From NCBI GenBank assembly GCA_964575095.1, contig CAZNPA010000008.1, forward strand, positions 11,559 to 75,558: 64,000 nt of DNA, in the 5' to 3' direction. A program made the position numbers and the translations under genes. The notes beneath the pieces were generated by a model, which was not told the origin of the DNA, searched no databases, and saw nothing but the letters and a program-made list of their open reading frames with translations. Shown here one piece after another: positions 1-10,388 of the stretch. This stretch comes from an uncultured Rickettsiales bacterium (lineage in GTDB: Bacteria; Pseudomonadota; Alphaproteobacteria; Rickettsiales; SXRF01). Each line of letters opens with the position of its first letter. The stretch's first letter is position 1.

Positions 1-657
1 GTGAAACCCGTTCCGGCCGGGCACTGGCTGCGCGACACTCTCGTTGCGCCTTTCGCTGATTTTATGACCAACCGCCATTGGGTGCATCTCCTGCTCTTCA
101 TCATGCTCTATAAATTGGGCGATGCGTTTCTGGGCATCATGACCAATCCGTTCCTGCTCGAAATCGGTTTCACCAAAACCGACATCGCCACGGTGGTGAA
201 AGTCTATGGGCTGGCTGCAACATTGATCGGCGTGTTTTTGGGCGGCGTGATGACGCTGCGCCTCGGCACGGTAAGAACGCTCATGATATGCGGCATCGGC
301 CACGCGCTCACTAATTTGATGTTCCTGGTGCAGGCCAGGGCAGGGGCCGATATCCATATTCTGGCGCTGGGCATTTCCCTGGAAAATTTAAGCGGCGGCA
401 TGACGGCCTCGGCGTTCGTCGCCTTCATCAGCGGTCTCACCCATGCGCGCTACACCGCGACGCAATACGCGCTGCTGTCATCGCTCGCCGCCATGGGGCG
501 CACCTGGCTTACCACTACCGCCGGCTGGACCGCTGAGCGTTTCGGCTGGGAATGGTTTTTTATTATTTCCGTGCTGCTGGCCGTACCTGGCCTGGCGATT
601 TTGTGGTGGCTGCAGAAAGAATTTAAGGCCACTTCACCTCGGGCGGCAGAGACATAA
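1..657 (+). CDS. ampG: AmpG-family MFS muropeptide permease, C-terminal part (5' end lies outside the window)
   Basis: The frame is open from base 1 with no start codon. The TM-rich translation ([26 protein letters not shown] ... [16 protein letters not shown]) looks like the C-terminal half of AmpG/MFS permeases. It overlaps the convergent hemF stop by 35 bp. Confidence 0.7.
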   Translation: MKPVPAGHWLRDTLVAPFADFMTNRHWVHLLLFIMLYKLGDAFLGIMTNPFLLEIGFTKTDIATVVKVYGLAATLIGVFLGGVMTLRLGTVRTLMICGIGHALTNLMFLVQARAGADIHILALGISLENLSGGMTASAFVAFISGLTHARYTATQYALLSSLAAMGRTWLTTTAGWTAERFGWEWFFIISVLLAVPGLAILWWLQKEFKATSPRAAET

Positions 658-1588
658 GGATAGCCTCGGTATTGCCGCCGGTTTGCAGTCCGAATTTGGT
701 GCCACGGTCGTAGAGTAAATTGAATTCCACATAACGTCCGCGTTTTTTGAGCTGGTGCTCGCGTTGCTCCGACGTCCAGCTTTCATGCATATGGCGACGC
801 ACGAGCGCGGGATAAATATCGAGGAATGTTTTCCCGACGTCTTGCGTGAATTCAAAATCCTTCTGCCAATCGCCGGTGTTTACGTAATCGTAAAATATCC
901 CGCCGACGCCGCGCGGCTCGTTTCTATGCTTCAGGAAAAAATACTCATCGCACCATTTTTTAAATTTGGGGTAATAGTCGGGACTGTATCGATCGCAGAT
1001 TTTTTTGAACGCCGTATGGAAATCGGCAGTATCGGCATCATTCGGATACATCGGTGTAAGGTCAGATCCTCCTCCGAACCATTGTTTAGTAATGCTCCCG
1101 GAGTTTTCTGCTGAAAACTCCATGGAGCGCCGCTCAGGGCTGGCGCGGTCTGCTGACCGCGCTCCGCCGAGCACAATCATCCGCGTGTTCATATGTACCG
1201 CCGGCACCAATGGTGAACACATATGTGCCACCAAAGAAATGCCGCTGGCCCAGAATTGCGGATTCTCATTTGCGCCGGGAATTTCTTTTCGCATCGTCTC
1301 CGAGAATTCACCGTGCACTGTTGAGATATTGACGCCGACTTTCTCGAACACGCGCCCCTTCATCAACGACATCTCCCCACCGCCGCCTCCCTCACGGACC
1401 CATGGGGTTCGTATGAAGCTTCCTGGATCTGCGCGGTCAGCAGACCGCGCCAGCCCTGAGCCAGGTCCCATGGAGTTTTCAGCAGAAAACTCCGGGGACA
1501 TTTCTATTTTCTCAAACTCGGCGCAGACTTGATCGCGCAGTTTCCTAAACCAAGCGGCAGCTTCTTTCTTTTGCTCTTCGATGTTCAT
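623..1588 (-). CDS. hemF: Oxygen-dependent coproporphyrinogen III oxidase carrying two in-frame repeat insertions
   Basis: 321-aa ORF with HemF blocks [51 protein letters not shown] and [20 protein letters not shown]. Its start overlaps the trmL stop by 4 nt. Confidence 0.93.
   Translation of the reverse strand: MNIEEQKKEAAAWFRKLRDQVCAEFEKIEMSPEFSAENSMGPGSGLARSADRADPGSFIRTPWVREGGGGGEMSLMKGRVFEKVGVNISTVHGEFSETMRKEIPGANENPQFWASGISLVAHMCSPLVPAVHMNTRMIVLGGARSADRASPERRSMEFSAENSGSITKQWFGGGSDLTPMYPNDADTADFHTAFKKICDRYSPDYYPKFKKWCDEYFFLKHRNEPRGVGGIFYDYVNTGDWQKDFEFTQDVGKTFLDIYPALVRRHMHESWTSEQREHQLKKRGRYVEFNLLYDRGTKFGLQTGGNTEAILMSLPPEVKWP
1091..1162. repeat. Double-hairpin palindromic element, copy 1, inside hemF (MITE/RPE-like)
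   Basis: GGAGTTTTC-TGCT-GAAAACTCC (1100-1121), a 21-nt spacer, then GCGCGGTC-TGCT-GACCGCGC (1143-1162). The flank AATGCTCCC is shared with copy 2. At 72 bp it equals 24 codons and is in frame. Confidence 0.85.
1431..1502. repeat. Double-hairpin palindromic element, copy 2, inverted relative to copy 1, inside hemF
   Basis: GCGCGGTC-AGCA-GACCGCGC (1431-1450), a spacer, then GGAGTTTTC-AGCA-GAAAACTCC (1472-1493). Its reverse complement matches copy 1 except for 5 mismatches in a 7-nt block of the spacer. Confidence 0.85.
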
Positions 1589-2022
1589 TGCGTTTGCCTT
1601 ATTGCTTCTCCCAGCACCATGCTCGCGGCCAGCGCTACATTAAGCGAGCGAGCGCCATTGTGCATGGGGATCTTTATCCGTATGTCTGCCGTATCATGCA
1701 CATACCCCGGCACGCCCGATGTTTCGCGGCCGAATAACAATATATCGTCTTTCCTGAATGTGCATTGCGTATAATTTGCTTCGGCGCGTGTGGATAATAA
1801 TATCAGTCTCCCTTGCTTCGCATCGAGAAATTTCTGCCACGAGCTGTGCCGCGTGATGCCTGCCAGATTATAATAATCGAGCGCGACGCGGCGCAGTTTC
1901 TTATCATCGAGCACAAACCCGCACGGTTCAATGATATGAAGAATAGCGCCCATGCAGGCCGAAAGCCGTATCATGCTTCCGGTGTTCTGCGGGATATCGG
2001 GCTCGAATAACGCAATTTGCAT
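1585..2022 (-). CDS. trmL: tRNA (cytidine/uridine-2'-O)-methyltransferase TrmL (SpoU family)
   Basis: [25 protein letters not shown]...HIIEP...LDYY is a typical TrmL/YibK N-terminus. I moved the start to the internal Met, though the ORF-track start at 2052 is also possible. Confidence 0.85.
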   Translation of the reverse strand: MQIALFEPDIPQNTGSMIRLSACMGAILHIIEPCGFVLDDKKLRRVALDYYNLAGITRHSSWQKFLDAKQGRLILLSTRAEANYTQCTFRKDDILLFGRETSGVPGYVHDTADIRIKIPMHNGARSLNVALAASMVLGEAIRQTQ

Positions 2023-2128
2023 ATTTTTCAAATAGTTATAGCTGACGCACAAAATTCATAAAAAAGCGATATATGATGACGGTGATTTTTGGCACAATAG
2101 TCACAGTATTCAACTGCATTGTGACATT

Positions 2129-2341
2129 ATGATTGCCGACCCCCGATTCAATGTTTTCTTTCTGCTGACCGGCGCCACCTTTATCGCTTTTGCGTCCGGC
2201 TTCGGTGTCTGCCTGTTTAATCTGGATACCGTGAGTGCGTGCCTTGCCGTCTCGCGCGACTGGCTGGAAACGTTCCGTGACATGGGCGATCACATCATCC
2301 AGTGGGGCATTGCCATTGGACGCGGCGCGTTCAAATCATAG
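2129..2341 (+). CDS. Hypothetical small protein with one N-terminal hydrophobic segment
   Basis: 70-aa ORF in the trmL/petA divergent gap. GC-rich third codon positions look coding. There is no recognisable Shine-Dalgarno sequence and no recognised family. Confidence 0.35.
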   Translation: MIADPRFNVFFLLTGATFIAFASGFGVCLFNLDTVSACLAVSRDWLETFRDMGDHIIQWGIAIGRGAFKS

Positions 2342-2430
2342 AATAAAGGCCGGCAATAATTTCTTTAAGTTGCAAATCCACCAAATTTTGTTATAGAAAC
2401 AATTCGATACACCACTTATCGAGTTTTTTC

Positions 2431-2994
2431 ATGAATCCTCCTTCTGCGCCTTCTTCCGCACAAAATAAGTCTTCTGAACCTACCCGCCGTGACTTCATCG
2501 CGCTTACCGCCGCGTCGCTGGCCGGCGTCGGTGCCGCCGCCGCTGTCTGGCCGTTCGTACATAGCATGAACCCCGCCGCTGACGTGCTGGCGCTGTCTTC
2601 GGTTGAGGTCGATTTATCGCCGATTAAGGAAGGGCAGACGATCAAGGTCAAATGGCGCGGCATGCCGGTTTTCATCCGCCACCGCACCAAGGAAGATATT
2701 GAAGAATCGCGCAAAGTCAGCATGGGCGACCTCAAAGATCCCGAGTCCGACGACAAGCGCGTTAAAAAAGGCAAGGAACAATGGCTGGTCATGGTCGGCG
2801 TATGCACGCATCTGGGCTGCATCCCGCTTTCCGGCGCCGGCGAATATAACGGCAAGGACGGCGGCGGCTGGTTCTGCCCGTGTCACGGCTCGCATTACGA
2901 CACTGCCGGCCGCGTGCGCAAAGGCCCGGCGCCGAAGAACCTCGCCATCCCCGAATACGCCTTCCTCTCCGACAACCGCATCAAGATCGGATAA
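2431..2994 (+). CDS. petA: Ubiquinol-cytochrome c reductase Rieske iron-sulfur subunit
   Basis: Twin-arginine signal (TRRDFIAL) and Rieske boxes CTHLGC and CPCHGSHYD. It is the first gene of petABC. Confidence 0.95.
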   Translation: MNPPSAPSSAQNKSSEPTRRDFIALTAASLAGVGAAAAVWPFVHSMNPAADVLALSSVEVDLSPIKEGQTIKVKWRGMPVFIRHRTKEDIEESRKVSMGDLKDPESDDKRVKKGKEQWLVMVGVCTHLGCIPLSGAGEYNGKDGGGWFCPCHGSHYDTAGRVRKGPAPKNLAIPEYAFLSDNRIKIG

Positions 2995-2997
2995 ATC

Positions 2998-4266
2998 ATG
3001 GCAACCGCTCCTAAAAAACAAGAGCCCGGCATCAAAGGTTGGATTGAATACCGTCTGCCGATATTCTCATTTCTGGATAACAGTCTGGGCAGCAAATACC
3101 CGGCGCCGAAAAATTTAAATTATCTTTGGAACTTCGGTTCCATCGCGGGAATTATTCTGGTCTTGCAGATATTGACCGGCATTTTTCTGGCCATGCATTA
3201 CACGCCGGACGTCAGCAAAGCCTTCGATAGCGTCGAGAACATCATGCGCAACGTCAATTACGGCTGGCTCCTGCGCTACGCCCATGCCGTCGGCGCTTCC
3301 ATGTTCTTCGTCGCCGTCTATATCCACATGTTTCGCGGGCTTTATTATGGCTCCTATAAATCCCCGCGCGAAATATTGTGGTGGATGGGCGTCATCATTC
3401 TCATCGTCATGATGGCGACCGCCTTCATGGGTTACGTGCTGCCGTGGGGACAGATGAGTTTCTGGGGTGCGACCGTCATCACCAATCTGTTCTCGGCGAT
3501 TCCGGGGGTAGGAGAATCCATTGTCCACTGGCTGTGGGGCGGTTTCTCGGTCGATAACCCGACTCTGAATCGTTTCTTCGCCTTACATTACCTGCTGCCG
3601 TTCGTTTTGGTCGGCGTCGTGGTGGTGCATATCTGGGCGCTGCATACGCACGGCTCGAATAACCCGACCGGTGTCGATGTTAAAAGCGAAAAGGACACCA
3701 TCCCCTTTCATCCCTACTACACGTACAAGGATTATTTCGGTTTCGGCGTGTTCTTCCTCATCTTCGCCTGGTTTATTTTCTTCTCGCCCAATTCGCTGGG
3801 GCATCCCGATAACTATACGCCGGCCAACCCGATGGTGACGCCGCCGCACATCGTCCCCGAATGGTACTTCCTGCCGTTCTACGCGATACTGCGCGCCATG
3901 CCGGATATCGGCATTCCGTTTACCAATATCGTATTCATAGAATCGAAGCTGGCCGGAGTGCTGGGCATGTTCGGATCGCTCATCATCCTCTTTTTCCTGC
4001 CGTGGATCGACCGTTGCAAGGTAAGGAGCGGTCGTTACCGCCCCATCTTCAAGTGGATGTTCTGGGTGTTCGTTGTCGATTGCTTTATCCTCGGCTATGT
4101 CGGCGCCAATCCGCCGGACGGTTATTTTGTTCTGCTCGGCCGCGCATCGCTTGCCGTCTATTTCGGATTCTTTGCCCTGCTGTGGTTCATCAGCAAAAAT
4201 GAGAAAACATTGCCGGTGCCGGAAAGTATCAGCAAAGCAGTCGAACAAAGTCACGGCGGACATTAA
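2998..4266 (+). CDS. petB: Cytochrome b
   Basis: 422 aa and polytopic, with the motifs [18 protein letters not shown] and [14 protein letters not shown]. It starts 3 nt after petA. Confidence 0.95.
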   Translation: MATAPKKQEPGIKGWIEYRLPIFSFLDNSLGSKYPAPKNLNYLWNFGSIAGIILVLQILTGIFLAMHYTPDVSKAFDSVENIMRNVNYGWLLRYAHAVGASMFFVAVYIHMFRGLYYGSYKSPREILWWMGVIILIVMMATAFMGYVLPWGQMSFWGATVITNLFSAIPGVGESIVHWLWGGFSVDNPTLNRFFALHYLLPFVLVGVVVVHIWALHTHGSNNPTGVDVKSEKDTIPFHPYYTYKDYFGFGVFFLIFAWFIFFSPNSLGHPDNYTPANPMVTPPHIVPEWYFLPFYAILRAMPDIGIPFTNIVFIESKLAGVLGMFGSLIILFFLPWIDRCKVRSGRYRPIFKWMFWVFVVDCFILGYVGANPPDGYFVLLGRASLAVYFGFFALLWFISKNEKTLPVPESISKAVEQSHGGH

Positions 4267-4268
4267 TC

Positions 4269-5033
4269 ATGAAAAAAACAATCCCCTTAGTTGTTGCTGT
4301 AACGGCTGTAATCGTGGCCGGTTCGGTTTTGGCCAGCGGCAACGAGCAAAAAATGCCCAAACACACGGACTGGTCGTTTGACGGCATGTTCGGCAAGGTC
4401 GATAAGCCATCGGCGCAGCGCGGATTTCAGGTGTATAAAGAAGTCTGTGCCGCCTGCCACGGCCTGCAGCGCATTGCTTTCCGCAATCTAGCCGAAATCG
4501 GATTTACTGAAGCCGAAATCAAGGCGCTGGCTGCAAGTTATCAGGTAAAGGACGGTCCCAACGATTCCGGCGACATGTTCGAACGCCCGGGCAAGCCTTC
4601 GGATATTTTCCCGTCACCTTATGCCAACGAGCAAGCGGCGCGGGCGGCGCAAAACGGTGTGTATCCACCGGATTTAAGTCTTATTGTCAAAGCGCGGCAT
4701 GACGGCGCCAATTATGTCTATTCGCTTATGACCGGTTATGAAACCGCACCGGCTGATGTCCACATGGCACCCGGCATGCATTACAATCCGTACTTCCCCG
4801 GCGGCCAGATTGCCATGCCGGCGCCGCTTTCCGACGGCCGCGTCGATTACGCTGACGGCACCAAGGCTACGCTTGATCAGGAAGCGCGCGATGTGGTGGC
4901 GTTTTTGCAGTGGGCAGCCGAACCGGAAATGGAGGCGCGCAAGAAAATGGGCATCAAAGCGCTGGTCTATCTCCTGATTTTCACCGGCTTCATGTATGTC
5001 GCCAAGCGGAATCTCTGGCGGAAAATCCATTAA
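4269..5033 (+). CDS. petC: Cytochrome c1
   Basis: Signal peptide, heme-binding CAACHG motif and a C-terminal membrane anchor (ALVYLLIFTGFMYVA). It starts 2 nt after petB. Confidence 0.93.
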   Translation: MKKTIPLVVAVTAVIVAGSVLASGNEQKMPKHTDWSFDGMFGKVDKPSAQRGFQVYKEVCAACHGLQRIAFRNLAEIGFTEAEIKALAASYQVKDGPNDSGDMFERPGKPSDIFPSPYANEQAARAAQNGVYPPDLSLIVKARHDGANYVYSLMTGYETAPADVHMAPGMHYNPYFPGGQIAMPAPLSDGRVDYADGTKATLDQEARDVVAFLQWAAEPEMEARKKMGIKALVYLLIFTGFMYVAKRNLWRKIH

Positions 5034-5073
5034 AAGTATATTATACCGACGTTTCACCATCACGCGGTAAGGA

Positions 5074-7314
5074 ATGAAGCCTCCAGCGCGACTACGAACG
5101 TCTGTACACTTTAAAACGCAGTGCCTGCTGGGAGCGGCGGCGGTGCTTGGCCTCGGTGTCGGCGCGGTGCAAGCGGCAGGGGTGACCACCAAAGTCGAGC
5201 CGGGACCGGCGATGCCCAAAACGCGCTTCGTGAGCAAGCCGATGGCGTCGCCTGATGATCCGGTTCTGCTTGAGGCCGAACAAATCGATTACCAGCAGGA
5301 TAATGGCCTCGTTATCGCCTCCGGCCATGTCGCCGTTACGCAGGGCGACAGCATCCTTCTTGCCGATAACGTTGCCTACGATCAGGAGGGCGATCTTGTC
5401 ATCGCCCAGGGCAATGTCAGCCTGCTCGACCCTTCGGGCAACGTCATATTTGCTGATGAAATTGAATTGACCAACGACATGAAGGAAGGCATTGCGCGAC
5501 AATTCAAGGCGCGCTTCAACGACGACTCGGTGATCGCCGCGGCGTGGGCCAATAAAATCAACGAAAACAAAACCGAATTATTCAAAATGGCTTATACGCC
5601 TTGTAAATGTAACGATGACCGGACGCAAAAACCGATAAGTCCGATGTGGCGTATCACCGCCCGGCACGCGCTGGTGGACGAAGAGATCCAGAAAATCGTC
5701 TATAACGATACGTTGTTCAGCGTCTACGGCGTGCCGGTATTCTATACGCCGTATTTTTCCCACGCAACGCCGGGGGCAGACAATAAAAGCGGGATCTTAA
5801 TACCGGAATACCAGCATAATAATAACGTCGGCACCATCATCAAGGTTCCGGTTTATTACGCTATCGCTCCCAATCTCGATGCAACGATTACCCCTATTTA
5901 CACCAGCGACGCAGGATTGGTTATGGCCGGCGAATACCGCCATAAATTCGATAAGGGGCAGATGCGCTTAAGCGGCAGCATCACGCAGGTTGACAATACC
6001 ACCGCTGCAGGCGATCGCACCTTTGGGCAAAAAATACAGGGTAACATAGACGGCACGGGAGCATTTAAAATCTCACCCGATTCGGACTGGGGATTTGATA
6101 TCCACCGCACTACCGATGACACTTACCTGCGACTCTATGATTTTGACCAGGCGACATTGCTGACATCTAAAATGTACTGGCAAAGATTCAACCTGCCCGG
6201 CACCAACAATCGCTCCTATGCCGCCGTGACCGGCCTTGCGTTCCAGGGATTAACGGCGCAGGATAATGCCAGCAAGTCACCCATGGCGCTGCCGCTGGCG
6301 ACGTTCAATTACCAGAGTGACCCGCTGGCGTACAATTCGCGCTTCCTGCTTGATGGCAACGCATTAGTGGTTTACCGCGCCGACGGCGCGCAGAGCCGCC
6401 GCCTTTCCACCACTACCGGCTGGAAACTTCCCTATATCACCGACGACGGGCAGATCATCGAGTTCAATACGCAGCTGCGCGCCGACGCCTATTCCGTACA
6501 GGATGTACTGCTGGAAAGCGGCAATAGTTTCAGCGGTGTCACCGGGAGGCTCGTGCCGCAGGTTTCCGCCTTGTGGCACTACCCACTCATCAACCGCTGG
6601 GACGATTCGAGCCTCTTGATCGAGCCGGTGGTGATGATGGCCGTAAGCCCCGGCGGCGGCAATCCGGAAAAAATACCCAACGAGGATAGCGGCGTGCCGG
6701 AATTCACCGACACCAACATCTTCGATCCCAACCGCTTTGCCGGCTATGATCGCATCGAGAACGGCCTGCGCATCAGTTACGGCCTGCGCGGTCAGGCGCA
6801 GGTGCTTCGTAACAAATACCTCGACTGGCTGTTGGGGCAGAATTATCGCATCAGCAATGACCGCACCTTCCCGTTCTCCAACGATCTGTTGGGGCATTAT
6901 TCCGACTACGTCGGTAAAGTCGGCATCACCAGCAACCCGATAGCGCTGGCCTACCGGTTTCGTCTAGACCAGAACACCCTGTCGACGAAACGCGACGAAA
7001 TCATCGCCAGCTATTCGCGGCTGCCGCTGGATGCCTCCATCTCGTATCTTTCCTTGAACAACGATCCGGTGCTGGCCGACAAGAAGGCCGTCACCGGCAC
7101 GGCAACCGTCAATTTGACCAAGGAATGGTCGTGGAACATCAACGGCAGCAAGGACCTTGCCCTGCACCAGATTACCGGCGCCGGGACAGGGCTTACATTT
7201 CAGAACGAATGCGCTATCATCAGCGGCACTATGGTCAGGGAATTCACGCGCGATCGTGACTTGAAACCCTCGACCTCATTCTTGTTCAGGATATCGCTCA
7301 AAAATCTGGATTGA
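5074..7314 (+). CDS. lptD: LPS-assembly outer-membrane protein LptD (OstA family)
   Basis: 746 aa with a signal peptide, an OstA-like N-terminal domain (ADNVAYDQEGDLVIAQGNV) and a large beta-barrel-type C-terminal part. It lies immediately upstream of surA, as in many Proteobacteria. Confidence 0.85.
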   Translation: MKPPARLRTSVHFKTQCLLGAAAVLGLGVGAVQAAGVTTKVEPGPAMPKTRFVSKPMASPDDPVLLEAEQIDYQQDNGLVIASGHVAVTQGDSILLADNVAYDQEGDLVIAQGNVSLLDPSGNVIFADEIELTNDMKEGIARQFKARFNDDSVIAAAWANKINENKTELFKMAYTPCKCNDDRTQKPISPMWRITARHALVDEEIQKIVYNDTLFSVYGVPVFYTPYFSHATPGADNKSGILIPEYQHNNNVGTIIKVPVYYAIAPNLDATITPIYTSDAGLVMAGEYRHKFDKGQMRLSGSITQVDNTTAAGDRTFGQKIQGNIDGTGAFKISPDSDWGFDIHRTTDDTYLRLYDFDQATLLTSKMYWQRFNLPGTNNRSYAAVTGLAFQGLTAQDNASKSPMALPLATFNYQSDPLAYNSRFLLDGNALVVYRADGAQSRRLSTTTGWKLPYITDDGQIIEFNTQLRADAYSVQDVLLESGNSFSGVTGRLVPQVSALWHYPLINRWDDSSLLIEPVVMMAVSPGGGNPEKIPNEDSGVPEFTDTNIFDPNRFAGYDRIENGLRISYGLRGQAQVLRNKYLDWLLGQNYRISNDRTFPFSNDLLGHYSDYVGKVGITSNPIALAYRFRLDQNTLSTKRDEIIASYSRLPLDASISYLSLNNDPVLADKKAVTGTATVNLTKEWSWNINGSKDLALHQITGAGTGLTFQNECAIISGTMVREFTRDRDLKPSTSFLFRISLKNLD

Positions 7315-7318
7315 TTAC

Positions 7319-8572
7319 ATGAAGCTACGTGCATATGCATTACTGACGTTGACGCTGTTGCCGCTACCGGCGACGGCGGCGCCCAACCCGAAACTTGCCA
7401 TTGACGCCGTTGTCGGGTCGGAAGTTATTTCTTCGTATGACGTCAACAGCCGTTCGGCATTCATTGTCGCCACAGCGCACCTTTCCAGCACTCCGGATGC
7501 GATCGCCCATATCAGGCCACAAATCATCCGTATGCTAATCGACGAGCGGCTGCAAATGCAGGATGCCGAGAAAAACAAAATCGCCATCAGCGATCAGGAC
7601 GTCGCCGACACCATCGCCGCCATCGAGAAAGACCGCGGCATGCCGTCAGGAGGCGTGTTCCAGATGATGGCAGAAAAACGCATCCCCAAAGAAACGTTCG
7701 TGCAGCAGATCCGCGCGCAGCTGGCATGGCGCGAGATCGTGCGCCGAAAAATCCGCCCCTTCATCCGCATCAGCGACGAGGAAGTGAAATCAACGCCGGT
7801 TTCGGCAAATACCGCAACAACGGATTTGAAAATTGCTGTGCTGACCTTGCCGGTCGATTCGCCAAAACGTGAGGTCGAAGTGCAGCGTCTGGGCGAGAAG
7901 CTGGCTAAGGATATACGCGGCGGCGCCAATTTCGAAGAAGCGGCGCGACAGCTTTCGGTGAGGGCGGGCGGAGGAAGCACCGATACGTTCTGGGTGCGGC
8001 CGGAACAGCTGGACCCAGCCATGGCGCGTGCGCTGGCCGGAGCGGAGGCGGGCGCCATCACCAACCCGATACGGACCAGTGCGGGCTTTGTCATCGTAAA
8101 GATCTATGAGACACGTGCGCGTGACAGCGAGACGGCGCAGGATACCGAGGTGCAGCTTAAGGAAATACTGCTGAAACTGAAACCGGAAGCCTCACAGAAA
8201 GAAGCGGATGCGTTGCTGGCCATCAGTGAGGAGGTAGTAAAACACCCGGGCACATGCGAAGAAAAAACCATCGCCGGCGTTAACAACATCCCCGAATCCG
8301 ACATCGAGATAATCTTCCGCCGCGATATGGTATCGAACCTGCCGACGGCAGTGCGCACCATCGCCATGGGTCTTAAGGTAGGAGAAATCTCAACACCGTT
8401 TGCCAGCAGCCAGGGCATCCGGCTTTACATGCTCTGCGACAGGAAAGACACGTCTTCGGCCATCGCCGCCACCGAACGCGTGCGTACCCAGCTCTTCCAG
8501 CAGAAATTGGAACTGGAAGCGCAGAAATACATGCGCAATCTAAGGAAAGAAACGTTCATTGAAATCCGGTAA
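7319..8572 (+). CDS. surA: SurA-like periplasmic chaperone / parvulin-type peptidyl-prolyl isomerase
   Basis: Signal peptide, SurA N-terminal-type region and parvulin-like segments (SAGFVIVKI, SQGIRLYML). It follows lptD, which is the conserved position. Confidence 0.8.
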   Translation: MKLRAYALLTLTLLPLPATAAPNPKLAIDAVVGSEVISSYDVNSRSAFIVATAHLSSTPDAIAHIRPQIIRMLIDERLQMQDAEKNKIAISDQDVADTIAAIEKDRGMPSGGVFQMMAEKRIPKETFVQQIRAQLAWREIVRRKIRPFIRISDEEVKSTPVSANTATTDLKIAVLTLPVDSPKREVEVQRLGEKLAKDIRGGANFEEAARQLSVRAGGGSTDTFWVRPEQLDPAMARALAGAEAGAITNPIRTSAGFVIVKIYETRARDSETAQDTEVQLKEILLKLKPEASQKEADALLAISEEVVKHPGTCEEKTIAGVNNIPESDIEIIFRRDMVSNLPTAVRTIAMGLKVGEISTPFASSQGIRLYMLCDRKDTSSAIAATERVRTQLFQQKLELEAQKYMRNLRKETFIEIR

Positions 8573-8588
8573 TTAGAGCGAAAACGCC

Positions 8589-10388
8589 CTACGCCATCAC
8601 TTTGACGTAGCTGCCGGGCGCGTCTTCGATCGGCTTTAATTTTCCGGCGCCGATTTTGCGCGCCGGGACTTTCTTTCCTGAATGGGATTTCTGCCATTCC
8701 AGCCAATCCGGCCACCAGGAGCCTGGCTTTTCTTTTGCCGTTTTGAGCCAGCTTTCCGGCGATTTCGGCAATTTTTCATTGATCCAGTGACTGTATTTTT
8801 TCTTGGCCGGCGGGTTGACGACACCGGCAATATGGCCGCTGGCCGCAAGCACGAAGCGCACGGCGCCCTTATAGATTTGCGTCGCGGCATAGGTGGATTT
8901 CCACGGAGCGATGTGGTCTTCGCGCGTGGAAAGAATGTAGGTCGGCGTCGTGATCTTGCTAAGGTCGATGGCAACACCGCCGATTTTGAGCTTGCCCGGC
9001 TGCGCCAGCAGGTTTTTTTGATACATGTTGCGCAAATAGAAGCTGTGCATCTTGGCCGGCATCCGCGTCGCGTCGGCATTCCAGTAGAGAAGATCGAAGG
9101 GGAAGGGCTCCTTGCCCAGAAGATAATTATTGACGACGAACGACCAGATCAGGTCGTTGGCACGCAACATGTTGAACGTCATCGCCATGTCGGTGGCCTC
9201 AAGATAGCCGGTTTCCGACATGCGCCGCTCCAGATCATTGATTTGCTCTTCGTCGATAAAAACACCCAGCTCACCGGCCTCGGTAAAATCGACCATGGTG
9301 GTGAGGTACGTCGCCGTTTTGACACGATGCGCCTGTTTTTTAGCGGTAAGCCAGGCCAGCATCGCCGAAAGCAGCGTGCCGCCCAAACAATAGCCGGCGA
9401 CGCTGATTTCTTTTTCGCCTGTGATTTTTTCGATGACATCGAGCGCAGTCAGCGGCCCTTCGAACAGGTAATCATCAAACGTTTTTTTACTCAAGCGCTC
9501 GTCGGGATTGACCCACGACACCACGAACACGGTATGGCCGCGGTCGATCAGATGTTTCACCACCGAATTTTCCCGCTGCATGTCGAGGATATAATATTTA
9601 TTGATCCAGGCCGGCATGACGAGGAGCGGCGTTTTATACACGGTTTTGGTGGTGGGCGCATACTGGATGAGCTGCATCAGATCGTTCTGGTAGATGACCT
9701 TGCCCTTGGTCACCGCCAGATTTTTTCCAACCTGGAACGCCTTGGTGTCGCTCATGCTGATGCGCAGGTGGCCTTTGCCGCGCTCCATGTCTTTCAACAG
9801 GTTCTGCAAACCCTTGACTAGGTTCTCGCCCTTGCTGTCTATCGTCGCTTTGATCACTTCCGGGTTGGTCATCAGGAAGTTGCTGGGCGACATGGCGTCG
9901 ACGAACTGGCGGGTATAGAAATCGACCTTCTGCGCCGTATGCGCATCCATGCCTTCGACTTCACGGGCGGTGTTCTGCATCCAGCGGGCGGTGAGGAGGT
10001 AGGATTGTTTCAAAAAATCGAAGAGGGCGTTGTCGCGCCAGGCTTCGTCGCGGAAGCGGCGGTCCTTGGCTTCCGGCTCAACATAGGCCTTTCCATCCTC
10101 GCCCAGCATGCGCTGCGTCGCCGATTGCATCAAGTGCGTGTACTGCTCCCATAGCTCCCACTGTTTCTCCATCAGCTTGGCCGGATCACTCATCAACCGC
10201 GTCAGCAATTCGGTGAAGGCGCTGCTGATTCCCATCGGGTCGAACGGGGAGTTGCCCATGTCTTTAGCCTGCCGGCTCAGGAATTCCTGCATGACCTGCT
10301 GGCATTTCTCCGCCGCCGCACCCATGTTCTTGGCGAACTCGGTCGCGTCGTCAGGCGTTTTCTTATGCGATGCGGTGGTGGACGGCAT
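8589..10388 (-). CDS. phaC: Class I poly(R)-hydroxyalkanoate synthase
   Basis: 599 aa with a lipase-box-like GYCLGGT and the alpha/beta-hydrolase PhaC architecture. The N-terminal PhaC region (FDPMGISSAFTELL...) is present. Confidence 0.92.
   Translation of the reverse strand: MPSTTASHKKTPDDATEFAKNMGAAAEKCQQVMQEFLSRQAKDMGNSPFDPMGISSAFTELLTRLMSDPAKLMEKQWELWEQYTHLMQSATQRMLGEDGKAYVEPEAKDRRFRDEAWRDNALFDFLKQSYLLTARWMQNTAREVEGMDAHTAQKVDFYTRQFVDAMSPSNFLMTNPEVIKATIDSKGENLVKGLQNLLKDMERGKGHLRISMSDTKAFQVGKNLAVTKGKVIYQNDLMQLIQYAPTTKTVYKTPLLVMPAWINKYYILDMQRENSVVKHLIDRGHTVFVVSWVNPDERLSKKTFDDYLFEGPLTALDVIEKITGEKEISVAGYCLGGTLLSAMLAWLTAKKQAHRVKTATYLTTMVDFTEAGELGVFIDEEQINDLERRMSETGYLEATDMAMTFNMLRANDLIWSFVVNNYLLGKEPFPFDLLYWNADATRMPAKMHSFYLRNMYQKNLLAQPGKLKIGGVAIDLSKITTPTYILSTREDHIAPWKSTYAATQIYKGAVRFVLAASGHIAGVVNPPAKKKYSHWINEKLPKSPESWLKTAKEKPGSWWPDWLEWQKSHSGKKVPARKIGAGKLKPIEDAPGSYVKVMA

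Noticed and set aside
1091-1502. The idea that the two inverted repeat copies in hemF form an invertible (phase-variable) DNA switch
   Set aside because: No recombinase is nearby and the arms are only about 63-72 bp. The present orientation encodes the conserved HemF core. Inversion is theoretically possible, but nothing in the sequence supports it. It could only be tested with read-pair or long-read data.
8682-9821. 379-aa ORF on the plus strand, opposite phaC
   Set aside because: It is antisense to a clearly conserved PhaC gene. The translation is Arg/His/Gly-rich low complexity with no motifs. Long antisense ORFs like this are typical artefacts of high-GC coding regions.
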